Assembly: GCA_011109175.1 (NCBI GenBank)
Contig: RDEW01000012.1
Span: 200,525 to 264,524, forward strand
DNA length: 64,000 nt
Direction: 5' to 3'
DNA from: Dicyema japonicum
Lineage: Eukaryota; Animalia; Dicyemida
Shown: piece by piece, positions 21,370-33,917 of the stretch
How positions within the stretch are numbered: position 1 is the stretch's first letter
How the letters are laid out: every line of letters begins with the position of its first letter
Notes under the pieces: model-generated
Told to the model about the DNA's origin: nothing
The model's database searches: none
Seen by the model: the letters and a program-made list of their open reading frames with translations, nothing else
Translations under genes and position numbers: made by a program

Positions 21370-23090
21370 TTCCCAGTGAAGATGATCAATAGGGGTTGAT
21401 TGGGGTGACATCCAGTAATTGTTCTGAGCGCGATTTTTCGAACTTTTTTGTCGATAGAAGTGAGAAAGACGAAAGTTGATAAACAAGACATAATTAATTG
21501 TTGTTTGAATAAATTGTTTATGACGGTTAGGGCCTCTTTTCTTTGGACTAAGAAATGGTCTAAGACAGCTTTCAGTATGTTGATTTTGCGAGAATCCTTT
21601 GTACATTATTATGCTTTGAGAAAGTAGTTGGTCGAAAATGACTCCATGTATTTTGGGATGTTTCGTAACGGGGAGTGTTTGTCCATGAATTGTGAAATTT
21701 GCTGAGAATTTAGTGGTGGCGGTTGGAAGTAAAACAGTGACAATGGATTTTAGCGGAGAAGGGGATTTGCTACAAGCGACTTTTCAAGAGAATTCAAGTG
21801 GTTCTGGAAATCCTTCGCTATTCTGTTAACGTCATTGTATTTAGAGGCGATAATCAGGTCATATGATAGAAGTGTCTTAGAATTGGTTGGAATCACTTAG
21901 GTGCAAGTTGAATAAGGTGGGAGACAAAACGGATCTTTGATGGACTCCATTTGGAAGGAATCGGTAGTGAGATAGACATAATTTCATTCCGACCAATTCT
22001 TCCAGAGAGGAAATTTGTTAGCCAATTATGAAACGTGGAGGAATTCAAGATGAAGGAGTTTTGTTACTTAGAATCCACCTTGATGTTCGATCAAACGCCT
22101 TTGTTGGGTCAATCGATGCAAGGATAGTCCGTTGTGGAGGATTGCAATTATTGAACCCATCAGAGGGATGTGTAGATGTTGTGGACAAAAACCATGTTGA
22201 GAATCTGGGAAGGGAAGATCTCCGATATTAGTTTTAATACAATTTTCGACACTAGATAGTAGTGAAATCTGTCTGAAAGATCTTGGATTCGAAGGATCTT
22301 TCTTGGGTTTCTATTAAAATTATATTTGGATTTTTTCCATAAAGCTTGAATTCGATTGTTAATGATAGAGATAGAAATGATATAAGTGATTGCCATAAGT
22401 TCATGTATGTTAGGTACTTCAAATGAAGAATTCAGATTCCGTCTAGTCCTTTGGCAGGATTTTTTGATAAGGTTTTCTACATCAGTCGGTTTTCCTTGAG
22501 AAGTTTGAACGTTTTTCAATTTTCATTGTTCATGTTGATGTGACTCATTTTTTTGCGTAGTGATTCATTATGACATCTGCCTGATGAGCAAAATCACATG
22601 GGTTGTATTCTTGTTAATATTGGTGTCGTGGGTTGTCTCCATTCTATTTTGTATCTACTGAATACTACGTAAAGTCCCCAAAATTTTTTTTAGTTTGTCC
22701 GGTAGTCAATTTTGGCTATTCTATCGTTCCAATTCCTCTCGTTGATTAACTATGTAATTTCATTATCAAGGTTAGATAGTTCGACCATAGGGATTCTTGA
22801 TTTTTCGAGTCGGCGTCTTGTGTGTCTTTTCGATAATTTCCTTAGAGAAATTTGGATTATAGTCTGCAATGAGTCCTCTTGAAATATGTTTCGGTTAAGC
22901 ATTGAGGAAATGCTCATTAAATAATTTCACTGCGATATCAAGCGATTTGATGTTCTATACAGAAAAATCGGATAGCAATTTTTTCGTTTCTTCGCGAATA
23001 ATTTATTATGGTTTTCCTGTGTCTAACAATAGTTCGATTGAAAGAAGAATTGGGTTATAATCAGAATGGAAATCTTATATAACTTTCCAG
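21370..23090 (-). mobile_element. Degenerate Jockey/I-like LINE (RT region)
   Basis: Fragmentary RT-like segments (DLIIASKY..KDFQNHLNSLEK, PFSAKIHCHCFT, LPVTKHPKYM) with many stops. Confidence 0.6.
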
Positions 23091-23177
23091 GATAACGCCC
23101 AGGATAGGGATATAGAACATAAAAATCTGGAGAGTATTTAAAAGTATATATTAAATTACTATTTTAAATGATTTAAT

Positions 23178-23300
23178 AATTTTCCAATGAGAAGAGCTGT
23201 ACAGGATTCTTTACCCCGCCGGACTCCCTTGTTGGTCTAGGATCACTTTGTTAGTTGAGAACGTTTCTCTTTGACTCAGTGATCCTGTGGGTAATAATAA
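23178..23300 (+). mobile_element. Family B 3' tail copy
   Basis: aGGATCACT...AGTGATCCt stem followed by gggtaataataa; close match to the minus strand of 59690-59825. Confidence 0.7.
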
Positions 23301-23342
23301 TTGTAAATTTAAATATAGTTGTCATAGTAATATATAATAAAT

Positions 23343-24094
23343 ATGGTAAGTATTAATGTATATTAGTAGACAATAAATGATATTATCGGATTATACCCTC
23401 CTGCCATAGATGGTTTGCTAAATTCAAAAATCAAACAGAATGGTGATTTAATTATAATATATAGAAATTCCATATTTAATATCGTTCTACAATGAAACAA
23501 AGTTAAGATCAAAGAGTGCAGTTCAACAAAATGTTAATACTGAATTGACAAATAAAGTGAGACCCAAATCAGAAGTAACTAAAATAACAAAAGTAAGCAA
23601 TAATGAGTCAAAAAACGATGAATTGCCTAGGAAACAAAAGTCAATAAATGTCAACAATTGCCAATATGGTAAAGTACATGTAAATAATTCACCAAAATTA
23701 TTTAATATAAATCCTCAATATAAGCGTGAAGAAATCAAAAAATATAATTTATTTGAAGGGAAATATAAAGAATCATTAAATAAATTTGGCTGGAGATGCC
23801 AAATTCAGGGAGATCCTTATTTTATTAAGTAAATAAAAATATAATTTTAGAAAAACTGTAGAAAGACGTCCATATTCTTCAAGATTTACAAATTATAGTT
23901 GGAATAAGAAATATATTCCTGAACAATCAAAATGTAAACGAGATGGGTCAGTTCATTTCCAAAATGTCTTTGCTCATAGAAATGATGCCTATGAAATAAA
24001 TCCAGACTTTGTTTCTGAAAATTTGATAGTAAAGAAAATTCAGATTAATAGAGTTAAAAATGATAATTACCGATATTTTTCATTTTTATATTAA
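23343..24094 (+). CDS. Hypothetical protein, about 225 aa, four exons
   Basis: Introns 23346-23369, about 23433-23454 and about 23830-23851 give a continuous frame MTINDIIGLYPPAIDG...FGWRCQIQGDPYFIKKT...YEINPDFVSE...FLY*. No family recognised. Confidence 0.6.
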
Positions 24095-24304
24095 CTAATC
24101 AAAAACCGAGTTTTATTTTACACAATTAAATCAGTATTACTACTCGCTTCTAAACCTTTCTCCTCTTAGATGAGGAGTCGTTGAACTGAAATCCAGCCAT
24201 TTCCTCCTCACCCGGGATGCCTGTCACGCTATCGTTTTGCTAATTCCGTAAGGTGATTTGTTGCTACAACCAAAACTTCCGGTTTTCTTGATTTACAACA
24301 TGTA

Positions 24305-24615
24305 TTATTTATTAACCCCGGATACACCGAGAAAGAAGTTAAAGTAAACAACTAATTAAGTGTATCCAGTTTCCACTTCCACAGAGTCCATTCGGAATCA
24401 ACATAAAGGGTAAAAGACGTCCATACTTGCAGTTGTGGAAACCCCTCCAGTGGAGTTGAGGAGAGAAAATGATCCTTTTTCGTGCCGGCCTGGCACTGGG
24501 CGCCATCTAGACAGGTGGATCACTAGGAAGAGAGAGGAGGAACAGACGAGCAAAACAGAAACTTTAACCAATTAGCCATGCAGCACCACATGGGCTATGC
24601 GACGAATTAAAATTA
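24305..24615 (-). mobile_element. SINE-like family B element with 12-bp target-site duplication
   Basis: Closely similar to 42940-43265 in the opposite orientation; flanked by the direct repeat TTACAACATGTA at 24293-24304 and 24616-24627; ends GGGGTTAATAAATAA. Confidence 0.8.
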
Positions 24616-24649
24616 TTACAACATGTAGTATGACATATGGTACACTCGA

Positions 24650-25290
24650 GGTATGTTTACATTCATCATTTACGGTTCTATCCATTCTAAATATATGTCA
24701 TAATAGTCCCCATATATAACCTTTCACATTATTTTTAAGAGTTTGACTATAATTATTTATTGCTTGTCTTTTTAAAGTCCAGATCTTAAAAACGACCTTT
24801 GGTGTTTCTCTGACACATTTATAGTTTGTGATACTTTATTTGACTGATTCACTGTGTTCATTGGAGAGCAATTGGATTGTAACACAACAATTTTGTTTTT
24901 ATTAATGTGCTCGTAACTCTCTATATGGATGTGTCCACTTTATCTTACCTTCCAATGTAGTCGCTGTTAAGCATCCTATTGCAGCTTGTAGCCATATGAT
25001 CCACTGACTTTTTGACTTGCAATGATTACATAGTTAATCTTTATCCGCAAAAAACAGATTACTGTTTTGAAAAAAACAACAAAAAGCATCCAATCTCAGA
25101 CTAATCCTGCTATTGTGGTCATATTTGTTTTCTAAGCTTTAAGGACCTGCAGGAATCCATCTTTTCTGAGACATATGCTGGACTTTCTTTCCAAATCAAC
25201 CAGGAATTGGTACAACATAGATTCACTTTTATGAGAAATTGAAACAAGTCATCTAAGTTTATAACGATTAATATACAATCTTTATTTGTT
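24650..25290 (-). mobile_element. R4/Dong-like retrotransposon C-terminal fragment
   Basis: HMATSCNRMLNSDYIGR*DKV (cf. HIxSGCxxLxxxDYxxRHDxV) followed by remnants of a restriction-like endonuclease. Confidence 0.55.
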
Positions 25291-25329
25291 AGGCTTTAAA
25301 TGTGCTCTATTCTCTTTTAAAATATTATT

Positions 25330-25510
25330 TCAGCGACCATTCAGAGGAGTTCCCCATGGACGGGACTTCCTTCAAGTCCGAGCATGCAAAGACTGCTAAA
25401 GGAGGCCGGGATCACTTGAATTTTTTTCATTTTAGCTATGAATGTGTTTTCTGGTTCAATAAATTTTTAATTCTTGCTATGACTGTGTTTTCTGGTTCAA
25501 TAAATTAATT
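25330..25510 (+). repeat. LINE-type 3' end, second copy at 28105-28240
   Basis: Shared cagaggag..ccc..ggac, ggaggcc(g/a)ggatcac and gttttctggttcaataaattt blocks. The poly(A)-signal block is duplicated in this copy. Confidence 0.55.
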
Positions 25511-25819
25511 TAAAATCAATAGACTCAAATTCCTTCAATGTCAATTAATATTAATTATAGAGGGCATGTTCATTGATTACTTTAAATAGATTTAGCATTG
25601 ATATTAGTATGCACCAATTTCACAATCCTCTTCTTCACGTTTTCCGCGATCGTCCTGAAAACATTCTGTTTCATGACGTTGCTGGAACGATCCTCTAAAA
25701 CTCAAAGTAGAGATATCCTTCATGTACATCCAGAAATTTAACATCCTTAATATACTCGTGATTAGTGGTTGACTTGTCAATTCTCCTCCTAAGACTAACC
25801 ATACTAAAATATTCATCAA

Positions 25820-25990
25820 TATCATGAAATCATCTTAAACATAGTCCCATAAGGATATACCTGTTATTTACAACATTGTTCAACATGTTTCTTAGTGATC
25901 CTCCCTTTCCAGTTACTCCAAACTCAATCTTTTTGTCTTATGCTGACGACCTCGTTATTGCAGCAAGTCGTAGAAGATCCTGGGAGGCAA
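25820..25990 (+). mobile_element. LINE RT fragment
   Basis: LFNMFLSDPPFPVTPNSIFLSYADDLVIAAS. Confidence 0.65.
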
Positions 25991-26724
25991 CATGAGCTGT
26001 GCAAGAGACATTGAACATGGTGGATCTTTTGTTTTTTGCACTTTTTTAGTTGGAACTTTGTTTTACCGTCCATTAAATACCCTACTGCAGCCTGTTATTG
26101 ACGCAGAGCATGTGATACAGAACCGATGCCTAGTCTTATTGCCATTCTCTAAAAGGTCTAATACAGAAAACGTTACACGTCGTCCTAATTGTGGATTGAG
26201 TTTAGAAATTTCAGAGTGTTCTTTTATTGTTATTTGGTACTTGGTCCTTTTGTTTTATGTGGGAATTTGTCTTGTGCATATTAAGCAAGTCTTCAAATGT
26301 TTTGACTTTCTTGTCGTTATCGATGATTATGTGTCTTTTTTCATATGTCTTTGGGCCCTTCTTTCTCTAAGAATCGTCTTAACATTCTTATATTTTTAAA
26401 GTTAATTTACCAGTACTTCTATTCTCTCCGATTTGCTGCTTTATGCAACTATCTAATTTTTGCAAGTGCTGGGTTACGGAGTCTTCATAATTCTTCAATT
26501 TTTTAGTTAATAGAGAATTCTGTGAGAACATCACGACTTTTTGATTGTATTGAGGTCTCATCGATTAAGTAATATTTCCTTCCACCACTGTATGGGATAT
26601 GGTGATCATGTTTTTGGTCAAGCTTATATATTTGTGGGTTGTTTGATCATGTGGCAGACTGGAATATGAGTAATCTAATTTTGTAAAAAGGTTATACAAA
26701 AAAGATCAATTTATTAAAAACAAT

Positions 26725-27885
26725 TCAATGACAACAGCTGTGAACTTTACCTACAAAAGTCCAGTCATCTTTGTAAACTTGAATGACTAATATATTGAAT
26801 ATGTGACGGAGACGGAGAGACAGATTAGCCATCACAACATTTGGGTCAGCATCCCTCCTCAGACGGACAGAAAATGATCCAATCAGAATAAAACATAAAT
26901 TATACAGAACGATTAAATGAGATATTCCAAAAACATTCATTCTTAATTTCCAAGACTCCGTCCACATAGCAGCATTCCTTTATTAGTCTGTCGACATTAG
27001 AATTTTGTGGAAGTGACTGATATAACAGAAAATCATACATTTATGAGTATTCGACCGGAATATTTTATAATTGGAAGGATTGTGAGTATGGTCATGGTGG
27101 ATAATAAAATACAAGTCAGTGAATCAACTAAAAGTCCCCCATCGTACATAACATAGACAAACAATGTCAAAATAAAAGACAAAGTCCTAAGAGTAAATAA
27201 TGGATAGGGACGGGGAAGACAGACTCCAATAAAATGTTCTAAACTAATATTACAGCCACAAAATACCTCCCAATAAGTGAAGAAATCCACATGTGTATGA
27301 AATTTGATGATGTGATTGACTGAACATGTTTGTAGGCATTATTGGGGAGAATCAATAGCATGTAAATGTGTAATATGTAAGATATTATAATATAAAACAA
27401 CATTTTGTTAGTAAAATGAATATCATTTGTATAGTTGAGTAAGCATTCAACCCTTTGATAATACATTATATTACATATCCTTTATCACAAAGAAGGATCC
27501 AAAGACTGACAACAAAGAGGAAATAAATACAGAAATTACTTCAAATCTGTCATATCCAAACATGTATAATAGGTTTGGTTTTAGATTTAAAGTATAAATT
27601 GTCACAATATCTGTGAAAATACTTAAATAAATACAACACAACAACCAGAAACAGTCATGAACAGCGTAATTGAGGTGATTTAAGAATACTAAACTATACA
27701 ACATTATTACTTGTGCTGGAAGAAATATTGGCCTCATAAAACATAAATAAAACAAATATAATTTGTATAAATTGAGTATAAATTAAACATTTTCCCTAAT
27801 AAATTAAATATAAACTGACTCCTTTGTGATGCATTACTTCATTGCACATATTCTTACATTTTGTGACAAATTGCGTGGTTATCAT
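26725..27885 (-). CDS. SLC30A6: Zinc transporter ZnT6 (cation diffusion facilitator)
   Basis: KPNLLYMFGYDRFEVISVFISSLL (cf. KPSPVYSFGFERLEVLAVF), KYSGRIL, VDGVLEIKNECFW and GSFSVRLRRDADPNVVMANLSLRL..LVIQVYKDDW (cf. VRIRRDANEQMVL..VQIFKDDW). Start MITTQF at 27885. Confidence 0.9.
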
Positions 27886-28104
27886 TTGAATATTAATTAA
27901 TTTTTAAAACATTTTTAATTTTGTAAAAAGTAAAAGAATATATAAGTTTTGTTTGTCTTTGATAAGGAGGAGTGATATTCTTCATGTTTTTATATAACTA
28001 TAATATGATAAAGTTTTTTTGTCTTTGATGTTAGCGTGTGTCACGTGGTTCACCATCTGTGGTGGTGCCAGATATAATCATAAATTATGTCCAAAAAGGA
28101 TTAT

Positions 28105-28240
28105 TAGTCAACAACCCAGAGGAGATCCCTCTGGACAGCACCTCCAAGTTTGATTGCTGAGGGAGGCCAGGATCACCTGATATTTTTCTTTCTGGCTATA
28201 AAGGTGGTTTTCTGGTTCAATAAATTTAATTTAATTAAAA
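28105..28240 (+). repeat. LINE-type 3' end with AATAAA and A tail
   Basis: Paralog of 25330-25510. Confidence 0.55.
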
Positions 28241-28749
28241 AAAACTAAATTTACTTTTGTAGCTATAATTTTACCTGTGTTAAAACAATCAAACTAAAAA
28301 CTCAACTTCTCATTGGAAATATTAATTTCCTCAGTGATTAACCCAAACTTGAAGTTTTGATTGCCAACTTAATGAGGACGTGGAAGGGTTAACTCTCAAG
28401 ATCAGGATTACTACTCAGCAATTACTACTCAGCAGAATGCCCCAGTATTCTCCGCTCTCTCCTTCGTGATATACCAACTAACGAGAACAAAGATTGTTTA
28501 TTATTTTTGCAGATCGCAGCAAGATATTGTTTAACCCTAGTCTGTCTTTCTTGTGTGGCGTTATTTCTGTCTTTCTTTCACAGTAATCACAAGGTTCTAA
28601 ATAAATGACAAATACCCATCCATATTCTCATCTGTCTTTGCTCTTTTTTGCTATTAACGGTCAGATGTCATGTAGGAAAGAAAGATATTTAAAACGAATT
28701 TTCCCTATAAGGTAGCGTATTTTCCTTCTGTGAGGGTTTCAGCTTTCAC

Positions 28750-29150
28750 TGAGACCGATCCTGAGTAACTAGTTGCCAGTATGAAACGGAAAAACTTTCA
28801 GAGCTTGGAAAAGGGGTACTATTACCAGTACAGAAAAAAATAAACCCGCCAAACCTGTTGAAAACTTGCGTCCTGTCATCCTTCTAAATAACCTGCGGAA
28901 TATTTTTGCCCTGATCGTACTTAATTGGATCCAAGAACCAGTGGACGGGTACTTGATTCAAAGCCAAAGTGGATTCAGGACTGGGAGATTAACAGCTGAT
29001 GTAGTATGGTGCAATAGGTGGCATTTTGCTATTCAGCGAAGATTCCAAAGTTCAAGGACTATTCTTGGAATTGATCTCACCAGAGCTTTCGACACTTTCA
29101 ATCAAGGAAAATTAACTAAAGTGCTGGAAAGTTTCCTGGATCAGGACTCG
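28750..29150 (+). mobile_element. RTE-like RT fragment
   Basis: ENLRPVILLNNLRNI..QSQSGFRTGRLTADVVW..ILGIDLTRAFDT, collinear with the 62494-63093 ORF. Confidence 0.8.
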
Positions 29151-29249
29151 GTCTCTTCTGAAATTGCCTCCAGTTGCTTCTATGATAGAGTCGAGTGTTT
29201 TGGGGGTAATTTCTCTATCTGTATATTTTTTCCAGTGAATTGATTGCTT

Positions 29250-30270
29250 TTGACTGGATCTCTTGAATTTTTGTTAGGTTCGTTGCCGACAGGTTAGATC
29301 CCCATGCAGCACATTGTTGGCTCGACATACTGCTCGTAGAGGGTACCTGGCGGATAAATTCCTCCACAGTTCCAAAGGAAAACTTTTACAAAATTGATCT
29401 TTTTTGCACAGGTTGATATGATGGATTCCACCATAGGCTGAAAAGTAGAGGAAAGTATCAAAAGTTACTCCCAGTATCTTCTGCGATTTCTTTTGTGGTA
29501 TAGGTACTCCATTTAATGTGACATCAATTGTTTGCGTTCTCATCTTCCTATTCTTAGTGAATAGAGTGACTGCTGACTTTCCGGAACATGCATTTAATCG
29601 ATTTTCGCACAACCATCCATATATGTTATTTAGTATTCCTTGTAGTCTTTCTTTCACATTTACGTCCCTAGATGTGACAGCTATGACATCGGCATAGGAA
29701 AGTAGCATGTCATTATTATTCATGGAAACGGGGAGATCATCCAGAAACAAATTAAAGAGGATTGGTATCAAAGGAAATCCCTGGGGTACACCATTGGGTA
29801 ACAATCTCGATCTGAAATTCTTGTTTTTGACGCACACTTTCCCTCGGCGTCCACTTAAGAAATTTGCTATCCATAACTTTAGTGGTGGAGCAATTTTTGT
29901 ATGAGTATCTTCCTTGGGACAGAATCAAATGCTTTTCGAATGTCGATTGTACATATGACTGATTTCTCCTGTTTTGGCATATTCTTGTGTCCTTCAGTTA
30001 TGAACTTCATTAGTGTTGTTAGGAAGGAGGTTGTTGATAATTCTGTCTTGAAGCCATGTTGGAATGTAGGTTGTGGGAGAGAGGGCGAATAAGTTTTAGG
30101 ACCAGTTTCTCCAGGATTCTCGACAAAACACATATATGGGAGACTGGTCTGTAAGAGCCGGGATCGTTCTTTGGTGTTCCCGGTTTCAATATTGTACGAA
30201 TTTTTGATAGTTTCCATAAAGTCAGTATGGTATTTATGTTTAGCGATGTGTTGTAGATGATTGTCAATGT
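29250..30270 (-). mobile_element. Jockey/I-like LINE RT, degenerate
   Basis: LKPGTPKNDPGSYRPVS..LSRILEK, QHGFK, IDIRKAFDSV, GVPQG..PILFNLFLDDLP..YADV (catalytic YADD decayed), KILGVTFD. Confidence 0.85.
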
Positions 30271-30925
30271 ATTACAGCGACGATATTATGGAAAATGTTT
30301 GCACCGATGATGTTGACTTTGTCTCAAGTAACAAGGATAGATTAAGACGTCTAATGGAGGTAGTACCAGACCGCCTGGCTAAATGATCTTTATTAACGAA
30401 CACTTCGAAGACGGATATCGTCGAAATCAAGCGGATGGAACCGCGCAGTACCTGGAATAAGACCATAAACATGGCACGCTTTTTGGGGAATCTGAAGACA
30501 TTGCCAGAAGGAAATTGTTATTTACGGTGATCATGCAAAAGCTTTTAAAAGAATTGATCCAAAGGCGTCCATTCTGCTTATCACAGACTCAGATTGTATG
30601 AGGCTTTCGCGAAACTGATCCTTGCTCATAACTCTGGAACATGGGAATCTCGAAAACCGACGGAAAAGGGCTAGACTTCTTTCATAGGAATCAACTTTGG
30701 TCACTTTTGGGATTAAAGTGGCCAATGCGTGTAAGGAGTGAAGCATCATACAATAGCTGCTTCTCTTGACCTCTGAGCACCCTGATTACGAAGATGCTGT
30801 TTGGTCACATTCCAAGAATGAAGCGAGATACGCCAGCAAACATCATCATGGAAGAATTCTTTGAAAGATCTGGGGAAAAATTTAGAGGCCGTGCGATTAT
30901 AATGCTTCCCAAAGTCCTACTTTGT
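30270..30925 (+). mobile_element. RTE-like fragments interleaved with an opposite-strand LINE piece
   Basis: YADDVDFV-like segment near 30300; LFGHIPRMKRDTPANIIMEEFF..FRGRAIIMLPKVL at 30794-30920. Confidence 0.6.
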
Positions 30926-31559
30926 TTTTTCGGTTTAAAAGTGGTCTTGGATGAAAATTTAATTTTAATGAAAGATGCCCACAAAGTCTACCTGAGATAT
31001 ATGACTATAGCCTTTTCAAAGAATCCTAAAATTATTGATGTGATTTATGATAAACAGATGAGTTTCGATGTTGACCAAATCCTAACGAAAGGTCTCCATA
31101 AGACAATGTCCTCAAGCCAATTGTTTCGAAGAGCCCACAACTAGTAGAAGATTGCATAAGTAAATTGTACAGACAAACCATTGTTTCTTTTATAGAATAT
31201 GTTTGTCAGCATTTAGGTATGCAGTCTCAGGGTTTTTGTTTGACAAAATCAGCTTTTTACATGAGAAGACTGCCTTTGTCGCTTCTCTGTCAACGTATAG
31301 ACACAGATGAATGGCTGTGAATTCCTCTTGTTCTATCAAGAACCAGGGAATCCACTATGTCCATCCGTATTACGATATGAAAATGAACGATCCGTTTTTA
31401 AATACCCGACCCCCCCGACTTTCTGTATAGACACAATCACTTACGGAAAGCGATGATGTTACTCGATGAGAAAATGACAAAGGTAATGAGAGAAATTGGG
31501 ATCATATATTCAGTTTTTGATGGTTATGTAAATAAATCTAAATAATAATTGGTTTTTTT

Positions 31560-31770
31560 CACAGAAAAGTATAGTTTCCATTATACGTCCAAAAAGAACA
31601 GATATGCTAATTAGGGGGACTAAGACATCAGGAATGTTTTTTAACTTCTTTTCGGCCAAATGCACAGTGAGATATCACTGATGACGGCGTCACTCGTCTA
31701 GTCAGGAAACGTCGTAGATGCATGAAACTTTTAGCCAGAATGGACGACAGCGAATACCAACTGTGAAACA
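31560..31770 (-). mobile_element. Element carrying the SINE family A central core with different flanks
   Basis: cactgatgacggcgtcactcgtc..cgtcgtagatgcatgaaac matches 609-662, but both flanks differ from the family A copies. Confidence 0.55.
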
Positions 31771-32380
31771 TTTGAATTTTGTCGCTTACTTATAACACTG
31801 TACCTTTAGACCAGAGATATGAAGAACTACAAATAATTTTTCTTTGTGATATCTACCGAGATCCAGTCGCACCTCAACCTAGTGTACGAATTGTTATCTC
31901 CGATATGATTTCTGTGTCGTCTAAATTACGATTTACCCCCTTCACTTAGGAAATGAAGTTAAGAGTCAGAAATATTCCTTGACAACATCCCAACTATAAA
32001 AACTTTCATACAATAAGCCAAGTATTGACTAAGGGATATGGAAATGTTAGATATTGCAAAGAATAATCATCAATTGTAATTAAAGGTCCACAAGTAACAA
32101 TAGCAGTTTTCTGAATTTATGTAAAATCAATTTAGGTCAAATTTTAAGGTCAATAAAAATTCCATTGTCTTATGACAAATTGACTGCTTTATAATAATAA
32201 ATTTATTTTTGTTATTAAACGCCTGGCAAAAACCATGATGTGTGAAACCCAGTAGCTTAATCTCTATTGCTATTGTGATAGGGCGAGGATCAATAGTTAT
32301 AAATATATTTATTTTAATAAAAGTTATAGATAAAATATAATTAAATTATATCAAGTTAATAAAATAAGTTAAATTAATTC

Positions 32381-33578
32381 ATGATGTTGTGGGTTAATGT
32401 GGAATTGTTAATAATAATAATAATGGTTATTGTGGCTATTGTCGTTTACACTGCTGTAATAATCAACAATCCAAATACAAGGCATAAAAAACAAAAAACT
32501 AAAAGTAACCCAATTATTAAAGTAATAGACAAAGCATCCAAGCCATCAAGTGAAATAAATGACTATATTTTCAATAATTCATTTAAACGAGAAAATGTTT
32601 CTTCCATAATCTCAGTGCTGTTGGAGAAGGTTTCTCAAGAGTTATGGGAGGAGGTTACTTTTTTTACAATAATATTAGATAATTCCCCTTCATAATAGTA
32701 CTATAATAAACTCAAAAGATGTGGAATAGGGAAATGTTGGAATTTAACTTATTTTTAGTGAGAGACGAGGCGTCAGCTATGAGGGAGAGATTATCACAGA
32801 CCATTCATAAACTGACACTGGAATCCTGCAATAATAAGACTTTGGAAGAGAATATGAAATCTAAAATTTCCAGTTTATATGTAAAGATTGAAAAATTGGA
32901 GGAACAATTCACCAAATCCATACAAGCATACAAGTATGAGGAGAAAGAGTTATATGGGGAAATAAGTATGAGTGATGGGAGATTCTGTGAGTATATGAAA
33001 ATGAAAGAATGTGAGAAAGACAATAAATTTGGTTTGATAAAACGAATAGAATCTGTTCGGTAGTGTTGATGTCTTATATAAGGAATAACTGTGGATGGGA
33101 GATTGTGGAAGAAGCAGAAAAGCGGAAAAATATACTAATAAGTGAACTTTGTGATGCAAATAAAAGTGTTTTATCAATGAATAACAGAATATTACATTTG
33201 AATAGTCATTTGGAAGAAGGAAAGCAAGTTACTAGGGTTTGCTGTGTAAAATATTAAAGTTTGATGCTGAGTGTATGCAAACAAAAGAGAAGTTGGTAAT
33301 AAAGGAGGCGAGAGTTGTTCAATTAACTAATTTTGTGGCCCATTTAAGAAATGAAGTATTATATTCAAAGACAGAATTGAATGAGACTGAGAAACAGTTG
33401 ACAAAAGTAAACGAACAATTGAATAAATCAAAGAATGAATGTAAATCGGGGGTTTATTATATTATTATTATAGTTTGTCAATTTGACTATCAATTATGTT
33501 GATATGAAGAATAAACTATCAGAGGCATATAGTAAATTAGCTAAATTGGAATCAAATAATTCCACATTATTATGTTAA
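32381..33578 (+). CDS. Hypothetical protein: N-terminal transmembrane anchor plus long coiled coil
   Basis: LLIIIIMVIVAIVVYTAVII followed by a basic RHKKQKTK stretch, then E/K/L-rich heptad exons separated by short GT-AG introns. Confidence 0.6.
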
Positions 33579-33599
33579 TACGTGGTGGTCTATATTTTA

Positions 33600-33835
33600 A
33601 TAATATGGTTTTGTTTATTATGATCACTCAAGTTTACTCCGATAGGCATAAGAACCCACTTTTCTCTTTTACACAAACACCCTCTCTGAGGCTTCACATA
33701 AGATATTTCCCTTCTTAAGCATTATCATTAGCACTTTCACGAGAGCCATAATAGCATGTGCAGCAAAAAATATAAGAAAATTAGTTAGTTTGCTTCAAGC
33801 TCTTCTGTTCTTAGCCAGGTCCCTCCTTAAACATC
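33600..33835 (-). mobile_element. Two tandem LINE 3' ends, the first of RTE family
   Basis: Minus strand TGCTGCACATGCTATTATGGCTCTCGTGAAAGTGCTAAT matches the 3' end of the 61390-63760 RTE. Confidence 0.7.
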
Positions 33836-33917
33836 CACCGTATAAATAATAAATTTAAACTTTTGTTTATTTTATAATAATAATTTTATTAATATTTGAA
33901 TTTCACGTTTTGTTTTG

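Noticed and set aside
30095-30125. Second 2A-like motif (FVENPGETGP)
   Set aside because: It is an off-frame reading of the RT segment SRILEKLVL and lacks the DxExNPGP consensus.
30925-31144. Copia RNase H fragment (IIDVIY..DQILTKGL)
   Set aside because: The similarity is short and no other copia domains or LTRs are present.
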